Below are positions 18,737 to 27,488 of a DNA stretch of 64,000 bases, piece by piece. Position 1 is the stretch's first letter. Every line of letters begins with the position of its first letter. This DNA comes from a bacterium. Lineage in GTDB: Bacteria; Myxococcota_A; Bradymonadia; UBA7976; UBA1532. The notes below the pieces were generated by a model. It made no database searches, was not told where the DNA came from, and saw nothing but the letters and a program-made list of their open reading frames with translations. The position numbers and the translations under genes are program-made. Location: positions 2,425-66,424 of the forward strand of contig JAUHYW010000012.1 in the NCBI GenBank assembly GCA_030426085.1, in the 5' to 3' direction.

Positions 18737-19939
18737 ATGCGCTCTGCTCTGCTCACCCTCGCGCTCGCCGCCCCGCTGGCCGGCGCGCTCTCCAGCTGCA
18801 CCGGCGACCCCGCCGACTGCGCCGACTGCCTCACCCCCGACAGCGCACCCGATATCGGGCCCGACGGCGGCCCCGAGGTGCCCGGCGAGCCGGCCTGCCT
18901 CGACGCCCTCCCGCCGGTCGATCTGCTGCTGGTCATCGACGACAGCGGCTCGATGTGCGAGGAGCAGGCGGCGGTGGGCGGCGCGTTCGACGCCATGCAG
19001 ACGGCCCTCGATGGCTATGACTGGCGCCTGGCGGTCGTCACCACCGACATGCACCCCGACAACCGCTGGCGGGCGACGTTCGGCAAGCCCTCGGCGCTGC
19101 CGGTGCCCTCGCTCAACTGCGCCGACGCCGACGGCGAGCCGGCGGTGCCCGACACCGTCGACTGCGAGGCCGAGGCCCCGCCCGTGCTCGACCCGGGCCC
19201 GCTCGACAAGGCCACCGCCGCCCGCCGCTTCCGGTGCATGGTGAACGTGGGCACCCAGGGCGACGGCTTCGAGAAGCCGCTGGCCGCGGCGGCCCACGCC
19301 CTGGACTGCGAGGGGCCCAACGCCGATCTGCTCGGGCCGTGCGCCGGCGATGACGCGCCCTTCCTGCGGCCGGGGGCGGCGCTGGTGGTGGTCTACATGG
19401 GCGACGAGGACGACTGCTCCGACGGGGCGGTGCCCGAGGACGACCCCCAGATGGCCGACTGCGTCTACGACGACGCCCCGGGCGGCGCGCCGTGTCGGAT
19501 CCCGCGGTCCACCGGGGACGCCTGCGTCTGGATGGCCGACCAGCTCACCCCGGTGGGGCACTTCGTCGACGCGCTGCGCGGGGCCAACCCGACCGCGGCG
19601 GGGGTGACCGCGCTGACGCTGGCCGGGCCCCGCTTCGCGCCGGTCGACGGGCAGCCGGTGCGCTTCGTGCCCGGCGCGCGCGATCCGGCGTGCGAGGCCG
19701 AGCCGGTCAGCCCCGCGTGCTGCCCCGACGGGCTGTGCCGGGGCGAGACGGCGCCGGTGTGCGCCGGCCCGCTCGGCGAGGCGTTCGCCGGCAACCGGCT
19801 GCGGGCGATGGCCGAGGCGTTCCCCGGCGAGGGGCTGGGGGTCTCGATCTGCGAGGCCGACGCCCCGGCCGGGCTCGCCGACCGGCTCTCGCTCAAGCTC
19901 GAGCTGGCGCTGCCCCCGCCGTGCGACCCGGTGGACTGA
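18737..19939 (+). CDS. Cys-rich lipoprotein with a VWA/MIDAS-like domain
   Basis: LSSC lipobox; VDLLLVIDDSGSM, AVVTTD, GFEKPL and FLRPGAALVVVYMGDEDDCS; AGGAGG RBS. Confidence 0.75.
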   Translation: MRSALLTLALAAPLAGALSSCTGDPADCADCLTPDSAPDIGPDGGPEVPGEPACLDALPPVDLLLVIDDSGSMCEEQAAVGGAFDAMQTALDGYDWRLAVVTTDMHPDNRWRATFGKPSALPVPSLNCADADGEPAVPDTVDCEAEAPPVLDPGPLDKATAARRFRCMVNVGTQGDGFEKPLAAAAHALDCEGPNADLLGPCAGDDAPFLRPGAALVVVYMGDEDDCSDGAVPEDDPQMADCVYDDAPGGAPCRIPRSTGDACVWMADQLTPVGHFVDALRGANPTAAGVTALTLAGPRFAPVDGQPVRFVPGARDPACEAEPVSPACCPDGLCRGETAPVCAGPLGEAFAGNRLRAMAEAFPGEGLGVSICEADAPAGLADRLSLKLELALPPPCDPVD

Positions 19940-20063
19940 CGGCGCCTTCCGGCCGCCCCCCGGCTGGAGTACCCTGCGGCCGATCCGCCGATCGGAGCCC
20001 CGCATGCCGCGCTCTCGCCCGCCCGCCGACGATCCGCGCCCGACCGCGCGCGCGCGCCGTCCG

Positions 20064-21197
20064 ATGCCACCCCGATCCCACGCGGCGGGCCTCGCGCTGC
20101 TCGCGTTGGCGCTGTGCAGCCCGGCCCGGGCGGCGGACTATGCCTTCGCCCTGGCCGGCGAGGTGTGGCCCGACGATCACGTCCCGGGGCATGGCATCGC
20201 CCTGGCTGCCGTCGACTTCGAGCCATGGGTCGCCGAGGGCCGCCCGTCGATCGTGCTCAACACCGACACCCTGCGGTTGGGGCTGAGCGAGATGCGCCTG
20301 GGAGAGCGGTGGCGCCTGGGGGTCGGGCTGGCCGGGGAGTATGGCATCGCCGGGCTGCTGACCGACTACTACGTCGAGGGCGAGGCGGTGCCCGACCGGG
20401 GCTTTCTGGCGAGCTACGCCGAGGCCGAGGTCCGGGTGAAGCGGCTGTTCGACGGCGGCGCGTGGAGCGAGCTGGCCGTGACCGGGCGGCGGTGGTTCTT
20501 CGACCGGGCCGACAACACGGCCGACGACCTGGTCCTGCCGCCGGAGGCCTGGGTGCTCATGCCCCGGCTGCACCTGGGCTGGTGGGGGCTGGCCGACGAC
20601 GCCGGCTGGCGGGCCCGGCACCGGCTCTTCCCCCGGCTGCGGGGCTTCGCGGCGGGCGTCGATCTGGGGGTCGACCTGCGCAGCGACTCGAGCGCGTGGG
20701 GCGGCCTGGGCGCGGGCGACGGGCGGGCCGATCGCAACGACCCGATGGCGGTGATCCCCATCGCCCGCCAGTGGCTGCGGGCGGGGCTGCCGCTGGGCGG
20801 GCGGCTGCGGGTCGAGGTCGAGCAGCAGGCCGGCTTCGGGGTCGGCGAGGACGACCTCACCCGGGCCCGGGTGGGCGGGGCGAACCCCTACGTGGTGCAG
20901 GTGCCCGGCGCGCCGTGGGCCGCGTGGCTGGCCGATCGCTTCGTCGCCGGGCGGCTGGCGCTGCCGGTGCGGGCCTTCGCCGACGTCGAGATCGCGCCGA
21001 CCGCCGCCGCGGTGTGGCTGCGCGACCCCCAGCGAGAGGGCGGGGACGCGATGGGGCTGGTGTGGGGCGCCGGGGCGACGGTCGACGCTCGCTTCGGCCG
21101 GTGGCAGGTCGATCTGCGGGGCGGAGTGAGCCCGTCGCTGGCCGACGATCTGGCGTGGAGCGCCTACCTCGGGGTCGGCTGGGGCACCGGCGGCTGA
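20064..21197 (+). CDS. Hypothetical secreted, probably outer-membrane beta-barrel protein
   Basis: Signal peptide ending ARA; Trp/Gly-rich amphipathic strands; C-terminal YLGVGW. Start is uncertain (20004 or 20064). Confidence 0.6.
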   Translation: MPPRSHAAGLALLALALCSPARAADYAFALAGEVWPDDHVPGHGIALAAVDFEPWVAEGRPSIVLNTDTLRLGLSEMRLGERWRLGVGLAGEYGIAGLLTDYYVEGEAVPDRGFLASYAEAEVRVKRLFDGGAWSELAVTGRRWFFDRADNTADDLVLPPEAWVLMPRLHLGWWGLADDAGWRARHRLFPRLRGFAAGVDLGVDLRSDSSAWGGLGAGDGRADRNDPMAVIPIARQWLRAGLPLGGRLRVEVEQQAGFGVGEDDLTRARVGGANPYVVQVPGAPWAAWLADRFVAGRLALPVRAFADVEIAPTAAAVWLRDPQREGGDAMGLVWGAGATVDARFGRWQVDLRGGVSPSLADDLAWSAYLGVGWGTGG

Positions 21198-21200
21198 GGC

Positions 21201-22865
21201 TCAGCGTTCGAGGCGCGCGCCCGACCAGTCGAGGTGCAGCCGGCCGTCGCGGTAGATCCGGCCGGTGGCCGCCAGATCGGTGCTCTCGGCGTCGATCCGA
21301 CGGTGTACGTTCTCCGGCGGGGTCAGCACGGTGTCCCGGCCGAGGTCGAACCGCTGGGCGGGCAGCAGCGCCCGGTAGGCCCGGTTCAGCGCCAGCGCCC
21401 GGGCCCGCGACGGCAGGATCAGGTCGCCCATGTCACCCGGACCGCCCGGCGCGGCTCGGCGGACCCGGGCCTCGTCGAGCGCGCCGTCGGGCCAGAACCG
21501 GGCCCGCAGCTCAGCGTTGCTGCGGAACTCGTCGCCCCCGTCCACCCGGCGGAACCAGGTGAGCGTCTCGGGCTCGGCGTGGCCCGCCTGGGGCACGTCG
21601 GGCATGCCTTCGACGTCCTGCATCGCCCAGCCCGCCGCGCCGGGCACCTTGCGGGCGAACGAGAAGGTGCTGTCGACGGTGACCGAGAGCGCCGTATGGC
21701 ACCCCATGCAATAGAGCTGCTCTTCGGCGGTCTGCACCCGCAGGCGACCCTCGGCGTCTTCGATGAAGCCCTGGAGCTGCCAGCCGAAGTCATTGCGCAG
21801 CCCGACCTCGGCGTCGCCGGTGTAGCGGGGCAGGATGCCGCGCTCCTTGGCGTCCAGCTCTTCGGCGTAGGCCCGCTGCCGGCCCCAGCGATCGACCGCC
21901 TGCCGCTTGATGGCGTAGCGCAGCTCCTTCAGCCGGGTCGCGAGGTGCCCCGGCGCGTCGGGGTCGAGGTAGCGCACCGGGTGCAGGAACTCCACGCCCG
22001 GGGGGTACAGCAGCCGCTCGACCGGCACGTCGGCCGCCCCGCCGATGTAGTGGCTCGGCAGTGATCGGATGACATGCGCGACGCCGTAGGTGCCATCACC
22101 GTCGAGGTCGTGCCCCGCCCGCCGCTCGTCGACCGGCTCGACCCGGCGGGCGGGCACCTCGGCCTTCGGATCGGCCGCGATGGCCGCCTCGAGGATCGCG
22201 AGGTTGGCCCGATACACCGCCCGCGAGGCGTGCCCGTCGGCGTCGGCCCGGAAGGGCGCCGGCAGCCGCACGAAGACATCGCCGACGCTGCCGTTGCTGG
22301 GCCAGAACGTGCCGGGGAACGGCTTGAACCGCACCGCCCGCCAGCCGCTGCCGTCCCGGGCGAAGCCGTCGCCGTCCACCCCCCGGTGCAGGTCGAGGTC
22401 GGGCACGTAGCCCGGGTAGTCGCCCCGCCCGATCAGGGCCATCCGCAGCGGGGTGTAGTTGTCGGTCCGGATCCAGTCGAGGATGTCGGCCTCGCCCCGG
22501 TCGGGCGCCGGCCGCTCGGCGAACAGGTTGTGCCAGCGGTTGGTGCGGGCGAAGTCGGAGAACGCGTAGGCCGCCTGCAAGGGCCAGTCGACCTGCTCGT
22601 TGGGGCCGATGCCCTCGGCGTGGCAGGTCCAGCACGGGTTGGCGACGCCCGCGGTCCGGGTGTAGCAGGCCGGGGGCACCACCGCCTCGCCGTTGGCGAT
22701 CTCGAGCCCGGCGGCCCGGACCTGCGCCAGCGGGTCGTAGGCCGCCGGGGCCTCACCCGACGACGCGGCGCGCATCGGCGGCGGGGTGCGCGGCGTGGGG
22801 TCGCCGGGCAGGCAGCCGGCGAGCCCGGCGGCGATCAGCAGCAGCGTCTTCGGACCGCGGGTCAT
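21201..22865 (-). CDS. Lipoprotein with two CxxCH motifs (putative diheme cytochrome c)
   Basis: LAGC lipobox; CWTCH and CMGCH; starts 4 nt after the phoX stop. Confidence 0.75.
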   Translation of the reverse strand: MTRGPKTLLLIAAGLAGCLPGDPTPRTPPPMRAASSGEAPAAYDPLAQVRAAGLEIANGEAVVPPACYTRTAGVANPCWTCHAEGIGPNEQVDWPLQAAYAFSDFARTNRWHNLFAERPAPDRGEADILDWIRTDNYTPLRMALIGRGDYPGYVPDLDLHRGVDGDGFARDGSGWRAVRFKPFPGTFWPSNGSVGDVFVRLPAPFRADADGHASRAVYRANLAILEAAIAADPKAEVPARRVEPVDERRAGHDLDGDGTYGVAHVIRSLPSHYIGGAADVPVERLLYPPGVEFLHPVRYLDPDAPGHLATRLKELRYAIKRQAVDRWGRQRAYAEELDAKERGILPRYTGDAEVGLRNDFGWQLQGFIEDAEGRLRVQTAEEQLYCMGCHTALSVTVDSTFSFARKVPGAAGWAMQDVEGMPDVPQAGHAEPETLTWFRRVDGGDEFRSNAELRARFWPDGALDEARVRRAAPGGPGDMGDLILPSRARALALNRAYRALLPAQRFDLGRDTVLTPPENVHRRIDAESTDLAATGRIYRDGRLHLDWSGARLER

Positions 22866-22869
22866 CGGC

Positions 22870-25272
22870 TCACCCCTCGAACGGCCAGCCGCTGAACACG
22901 CCCTCGCCGGGGTGCTGCACGCTGAAGAACAGCGTGCCCATGGCCGAGGTCAGCGCGGGCCCGGTGGCCTCGGCGTCGCTCGGCGCGGCGACCACCCGGA
23001 ACGGCCGCCCGTAGGTGGCCTCGACCACCCCCGGGGCGCCCTCCATGTGGGCCGGGTCGAGGTCGAGGTAGTAGATCGCGTCGGCGGTGCCGTTGCGCCC
23101 GAAGTTGCCGTCGGTGCCGAACCACAGCCCGCCGTCGCCGTCGACGAGCAGGTTGTCGGGGTTGGCGACGTCGTACAGCCCGGTGCCGGCGGTGCCGACC
23201 CACACCAGCCCGTAGCTGAAGGTGAGGCTGCTGGCCGGATCGGCCGGATCGGCCTCGGTGATCGCGAAGATCGAGCCGTCGGCGTCCTCCCGCACCGGGG
23301 CCTCCTCGGGCTGGGTCTCGGGGTCGTAGACCCGGCCCTCGGCGTCGAGCGCGGTCTGGCGCCCGTGCTTGGTGAAGGCCACGTACAGCCGGGGGGTGCC
23401 GCTGGGGTCGCGGGGGTTCCACTCGACGTCCTCGGGGCGGTTCTGCTCCATGACCCCGATCTTGTTGGCCGCGGTGTACAGCGCCCGGCGCACCATCGTG
23501 TCGTCGGGGAAGCCGCCGATGCGGTTGTAGTCCAGGTCGCGCAGCGCCTCGCCGACGGTGACGCCCGGCCGGCCGAGCGCCGCCCCGTTGGGGGCCTCGT
23601 CGGCGCTGTCGACGCTCATCTCGATCCACCGGCCCTGCGCCGCTTCGAAGCCGTAGGGCAGCGCGTCGCCGACGGTGAAGCCGGTGTGGTTGTCGAGCCC
23701 CTCGAGGTGGGCGACGTACAGCGTGCCGTCGGCCAGCAGGGCCCGGGTCTCGGCCTTGCTCATGCCCGCCCGCCACGGCTCGGCGGTGACGAACTTGTAG
23801 ATGCGGCCCCCGCGGCGGTCGTTGGCCGCGTAGAGCACGATCGGGCGCCCGTCGAGCAGGCCCCAGTCCTCGTCGACGACGAAGGTGGCGTTCTCCCAGC
23901 GGGCCCGGCCGACGGCGCCCAGCTTCTGGTGGCCGACGCCCGCCTCGGACTTGCCGAGCCACTCGCCGGGGGCCACGCCGGGGTCGATCTCGGTCAGGTA
24001 GCCGTAGGCGTCGCGGTCGTGGTGCTCCCAGGCGTCGGCGATGAGCCCGAAGGCCGAGGCGTCGCTGGTGCCATAGGTCGGGCTCACCTCGGATCCGGCG
24101 TCGAAGCCGGCCCCGGGCACGAAGCGCATGCGGCTGGTCCAGGCGGTCTCGAGGTCGCCGTAATAGTCCTGCACGTTCTCCTCGGCGGTGATGACCGTGC
24201 CCCACGGGGTCTGGGCCCCCGAGCAGTCCCCGGCGATGCCCGGGGCGATGCCCTCGGGCAGCAGGGTGCCCTCGTCGGTGTGCTGGCGGCCGGCGAGCGG
24301 CTGGCCGGTGACCGCGAGCAGGGTCTTGCTGGTGGCGTCGTAGCGCACCGCGCCGGCGCTGCGGTCGAGCTGCCACTCGCCGGTGGACGGGTCGCGCACC
24401 GCCCGCATCCACGAGCCGCCGATGCTGCGCTTGAACCACCGGAGCTGGGTGTCGACCGCCGCCTGGGGCCAGGTCATCGCGGTGACGTCGTTGTCGAGCA
24501 GGCCCACCGCCCGCAGCCAGCGGGCGAGGGTGAGCTGCTGGCCGGTCGGGGCCGAGGCCGGGGTCGGGATGTCGTTGCTGATGTACTCGTGGTTGACCCA
24601 CAGCCAGCCGATGTCATCGGCGCCGTTCCACTGGGGCGGCGCGCCCTCGACGGCGTCCCAACCGTCGCCGAACCACGCCACGTAGTCCGCGTTGGCCCCG
24701 AAGCGGGGGGCGAGCGGGTCGTCGTCGTAGGTCAGCGGGTCGAGCCAGCGCACCACGACGCTGGTCTGCGTGCCGGCGATGGCCCGCACGGCGTCGGTGC
24801 TGGCGTTGGCCAGGGGGAACCCGGCCGGGGCCTCGCCGGCCGCGACCCGCTCCACCCGCTCGCGGACCAGCGCGCCGAGGTCGTCGGCGCCCAGCGCGCT
24901 GACCGCCACCAGCGACGAGCGGGGCGGCGCGGTGGACAGGGGGTTGCTGGTCGGCCCGGCCGGGCCCCGGGCCCCGTCGGCGCCGTCGGCGCCGTCGGCC
25001 CCATCGACGCCGTCCAGCCCGTCGACCCCGTCCAGCCCGTCGGCCCCGTCCCGGCCGTCGCGCCCGTCCCGACCGTCGGCGCCGTCCACCCCGTCGGTCC
25101 CCTCCCGGCCGTCGCGCCCGTCGGCCCCGGTCGAGCCCTGAGCCCCGACCGGCCCGGTGGCGCCCTGGGGCCCGGCGACGCCCGGCGCGCCGTCGTCCCC
25201 GTCCGCGCCACATCCGGCCAGGCTCAGCGCCATCGCGAGCCCCGCCACGGTCCATGCAGCCATCCTCGGCAT
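22870..25272 (-). CDS. phoX: PhoX-family alkaline phosphatase, lipoprotein with a collagen-like N-terminal stalk
   Basis: FGANADY, LWVNHEY, CSGAQTPWGTVITAEEN, RPED, NPDN, AEATGP and SVQHP; LAGC lipobox followed by Gly-X-Y triplets. Confidence 0.88.
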   Translation of the reverse strand: MPRMAAWTVAGLAMALSLAGCGADGDDGAPGVAGPQGATGPVGAQGSTGADGRDGREGTDGVDGADGRDGRDGRDGADGLDGVDGLDGVDGADGADGADGARGPAGPTSNPLSTAPPRSSLVAVSALGADDLGALVRERVERVAAGEAPAGFPLANASTDAVRAIAGTQTSVVVRWLDPLTYDDDPLAPRFGANADYVAWFGDGWDAVEGAPPQWNGADDIGWLWVNHEYISNDIPTPASAPTGQQLTLARWLRAVGLLDNDVTAMTWPQAAVDTQLRWFKRSIGGSWMRAVRDPSTGEWQLDRSAGAVRYDATSKTLLAVTGQPLAGRQHTDEGTLLPEGIAPGIAGDCSGAQTPWGTVITAEENVQDYYGDLETAWTSRMRFVPGAGFDAGSEVSPTYGTSDASAFGLIADAWEHHDRDAYGYLTEIDPGVAPGEWLGKSEAGVGHQKLGAVGRARWENATFVVDEDWGLLDGRPIVLYAANDRRGGRIYKFVTAEPWRAGMSKAETRALLADGTLYVAHLEGLDNHTGFTVGDALPYGFEAAQGRWIEMSVDSADEAPNGAALGRPGVTVGEALRDLDYNRIGGFPDDTMVRRALYTAANKIGVMEQNRPEDVEWNPRDPSGTPRLYVAFTKHGRQTALDAEGRVYDPETQPEEAPVREDADGSIFAITEADPADPASSLTFSYGLVWVGTAGTGLYDVANPDNLLVDGDGGLWFGTDGNFGRNGTADAIYYLDLDPAHMEGAPGVVEATYGRPFRVVAAPSDAEATGPALTSAMGTLFFSVQHPGEGVFSGWPFEG
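24955..25200 (-). repeat. Collagen-like Gly-X-Y coding repeat within phoX
   Basis: GAD/GRD/GVD/GLD/GPQ triplets with 9-bp periodicity. Confidence 0.9.
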
Positions 25273-25466
25273 GCCATCTCTCCCTGCTTCGGTCCGCGTC
25301 CATCGCGGCGCGCGCAGGGTGGGCCCGCTCGGTGACCGGGCGATGGGCGGGCGGTGAAAGATCACCGACCGATCGGTGCCCGGGCGGTGGCTGCGCGATG
25401 GCATCGGTGGCAGGCGGCGGTGACGGCCGGGCGACGCATCCGGATAGGGCACACCGGATGGCGTTC

Positions 25467-25495
25467 ATGTCACCCCAGCATCACCCGGCTGTCAT
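25467..25495 (+). promoter_or_regulatory. Candidate Pho-box-like triple direct repeat upstream of phoX
   Basis: ATGTCAC (25467), GCATCAC (25478) and CTGTCAT (25489) at exact 11-bp spacing. Confidence 0.4.
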
Positions 25496-25598
25496 GCGTC
25501 CGGTGGATGGGTCTCATGGGAGACGGGCCGTCGTCGGGTGGGTGTCGCGGGCGTGGCCGGCGGATGACGGCGGGGGCGGGTTCGAGCGGGGCGGGGCC

Positions 25599-26051
25599 TC
25601 AGCCGTCGGCCCGCACCTTGCCCTTGGTCTCGGCGACGACGAGGTCCTTGCCGGCGGCCTTCCACCCGGCGACGCCCTCCTCGAAGACGTGCACGTCGGT
25701 GTAGCCCAGGTCGACCGCGGCCAGGGCGGCCTTCTTCGAGGCGCTGCACATGGTGTTGGCGCACAGGAAGGTCATCTTGGCGCCCTTGTCGGCCCCGAGG
25801 GTCTCGGCGCTCATCGCGGCGTAGTCGACCCGCACCGCGGTGGGCAGGGTGCCGGCGGCGTAGGTCTCCTCGCTCGCGGCGTGGAACACCTTGCTGGCCT
25901 TCTGATCGATCCACGACGCGAGGGTCGTCGTGTCGACCTTCTCGTACTTCTTGGCCTCCATCGACTTCTGGCCTTCGCAGGCCAGGGCGGCGGTGGCCCC
26001 GCCGAGCACGAGGCCGGCGGTGAGGAGGGCGGCGGAGAGCTTGCGGAACAT
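25599..26051 (-). CDS. Secreted rhodanese-like domain protein
   Basis: Signal peptide; GTLPTA, FLCANTMCSAS and LGYTDVHVFEEGVAGWKAAG. Confidence 0.85.
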   Translation of the reverse strand: MFRKLSAALLTAGLVLGGATAALACEGQKSMEAKKYEKVDTTTLASWIDQKASKVFHAASEETYAAGTLPTAVRVDYAAMSAETLGADKGAKMTFLCANTMCSASKKAALAAVDLGYTDVHVFEEGVAGWKAAGKDLVVAETKGKVRADG

Positions 26052-26369
26052 GGGGACTCCCACGGGTCGGTGTGCGGCGGGCCGCCGACGGCGGCCTGTC
26101 GGGACGATGCCGGCGGCTCCCGGCGGGTTGCGGCCCCCGAGGCCCGTCGACGGACGCCGATCAGCAGAGCAGATCCCGCCCGGCGAGCGCCAGCGGACCG
26201 GCGTATCGCGCCGTATCCTCCGTATCGATCGAGCGGGCTCCGGCGTCAGTCGCTCACTCTTGCGTGACGGTGTGCCCCGAGCCCCGGTTTTCTGGCATGA
26301 TGGCCCGGCGCGGATGCTCGGAGGCCGCCTGCCCTGGACGGCCTCGGCGGTGCGCGCGTCAGGAGACCC

Positions 26370-27488
26370 ATGTCTCGTCGCCGATGGTTCATCGCAGCGG
26401 GCGCGGCCCTCGGGCTGTCGCTGGCGTATCTGCTGGCGTGGCCGGTGCCGATCGATCCGGTCGCCTGGCAGGCCCCGCCGAACCCGGGCTACGCCGGGGA
26501 CTTCGCCACGAACCGGCGCCTGGCCGACCTCGAGCTGTTCGACCTGAGCCCGTCCCACGGGCCGGAGGATCTGGCGGTCGACCGGGCGGGGCGGGTCTAC
26601 GCCGCGGTGGAGGACGGCGGCATCCTGGCGCTGACTCCCGAGGGTGGATTCGAGCGCTGGGCCGAGACCGGCGGGCGCCCGCTGGGTATCGAGTTCGGCC
26701 CCGGGCCGGGCGGCGCCGACGGGGCCGAGGTGCTGTACGTCGCCGACGCCTTCCGGGGGCTCTTGGCCATCGGCCCCGACCGGCGGCCGCGGGTGCTCGT
26801 CGACGCGGTCGACGGGGTGCCGGTGCGCTACGCCGACGACCTCGACATCGCCGACGACGGCACGCTGTACTTCAGCGACGCCTCGACGAAGTTCGCCGCG
26901 GCGGACCATGGCGGGACCTACCCGGCGAGCGTGCTCGACCTCAACGAGCACGGGGGCCACGGTCGGCTGATCGCCTACGACATCCGCTCCGGGGCGGCGC
27001 GGGTGGTGCTCGACGGCCTGCAATTCGCCAACGGGGTCGCGCTGAGCCACGACCAGCGGGCGGTCCTGATCGCCGAGACCGGCATGTATCGGGTGATCCG
27101 CTGGTGGCGCTCGGGGCCGCGGGCGGGCGAGGTCGAGCCGGTGCTGGGGCCCCTGCCCGGCTTCCCCGACAACGTGGCCCGCGGCCGCGATGGGCGCTAC
27201 TGGGTCGGGCTGACCTCGCCCCGCAGCCCGGCGCTCGACTGGGGCTGCGATGTGCCCTGGCTGCGGCGGCTGTTCGAGCGGCTGCCGGCGGCGCTCAAGC
27301 CCAAGGCGACCGCCCGCCCCCATGTGATCGCGTTCGACGATCGAGGCGCGGTGGTGGCCGATCTCCAGGATCCGGGCGGGCCGCACGCCTTCGTCACCGG
27401 GGCGCTCGAGGCGGGGGGTCACATCTATCTGAGCAGTCTGCGCGCGGGCACGCTCGCCCGGCGGCCGGCGCTCGAGGAGGCGCGATGA
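26370..27488 (+). CDS. SMP-30/strictosidine-synthase-like beta-propeller
   Basis: HGPED, GGRPLG, YFSDAS, LQFANGVALS and LPGFPDN. Confidence 0.9.
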   Translation: MSRRRWFIAAGAALGLSLAYLLAWPVPIDPVAWQAPPNPGYAGDFATNRRLADLELFDLSPSHGPEDLAVDRAGRVYAAVEDGGILALTPEGGFERWAETGGRPLGIEFGPGPGGADGAEVLYVADAFRGLLAIGPDRRPRVLVDAVDGVPVRYADDLDIADDGTLYFSDASTKFAAADHGGTYPASVLDLNEHGGHGRLIAYDIRSGAARVVLDGLQFANGVALSHDQRAVLIAETGMYRVIRWWRSGPRAGEVEPVLGPLPGFPDNVARGRDGRYWVGLTSPRSPALDWGCDVPWLRRLFERLPAALKPKATARPHVIAFDDRGAVVADLQDPGGPHAFVTGALEAGGHIYLSSLRAGTLARRPALEEAR

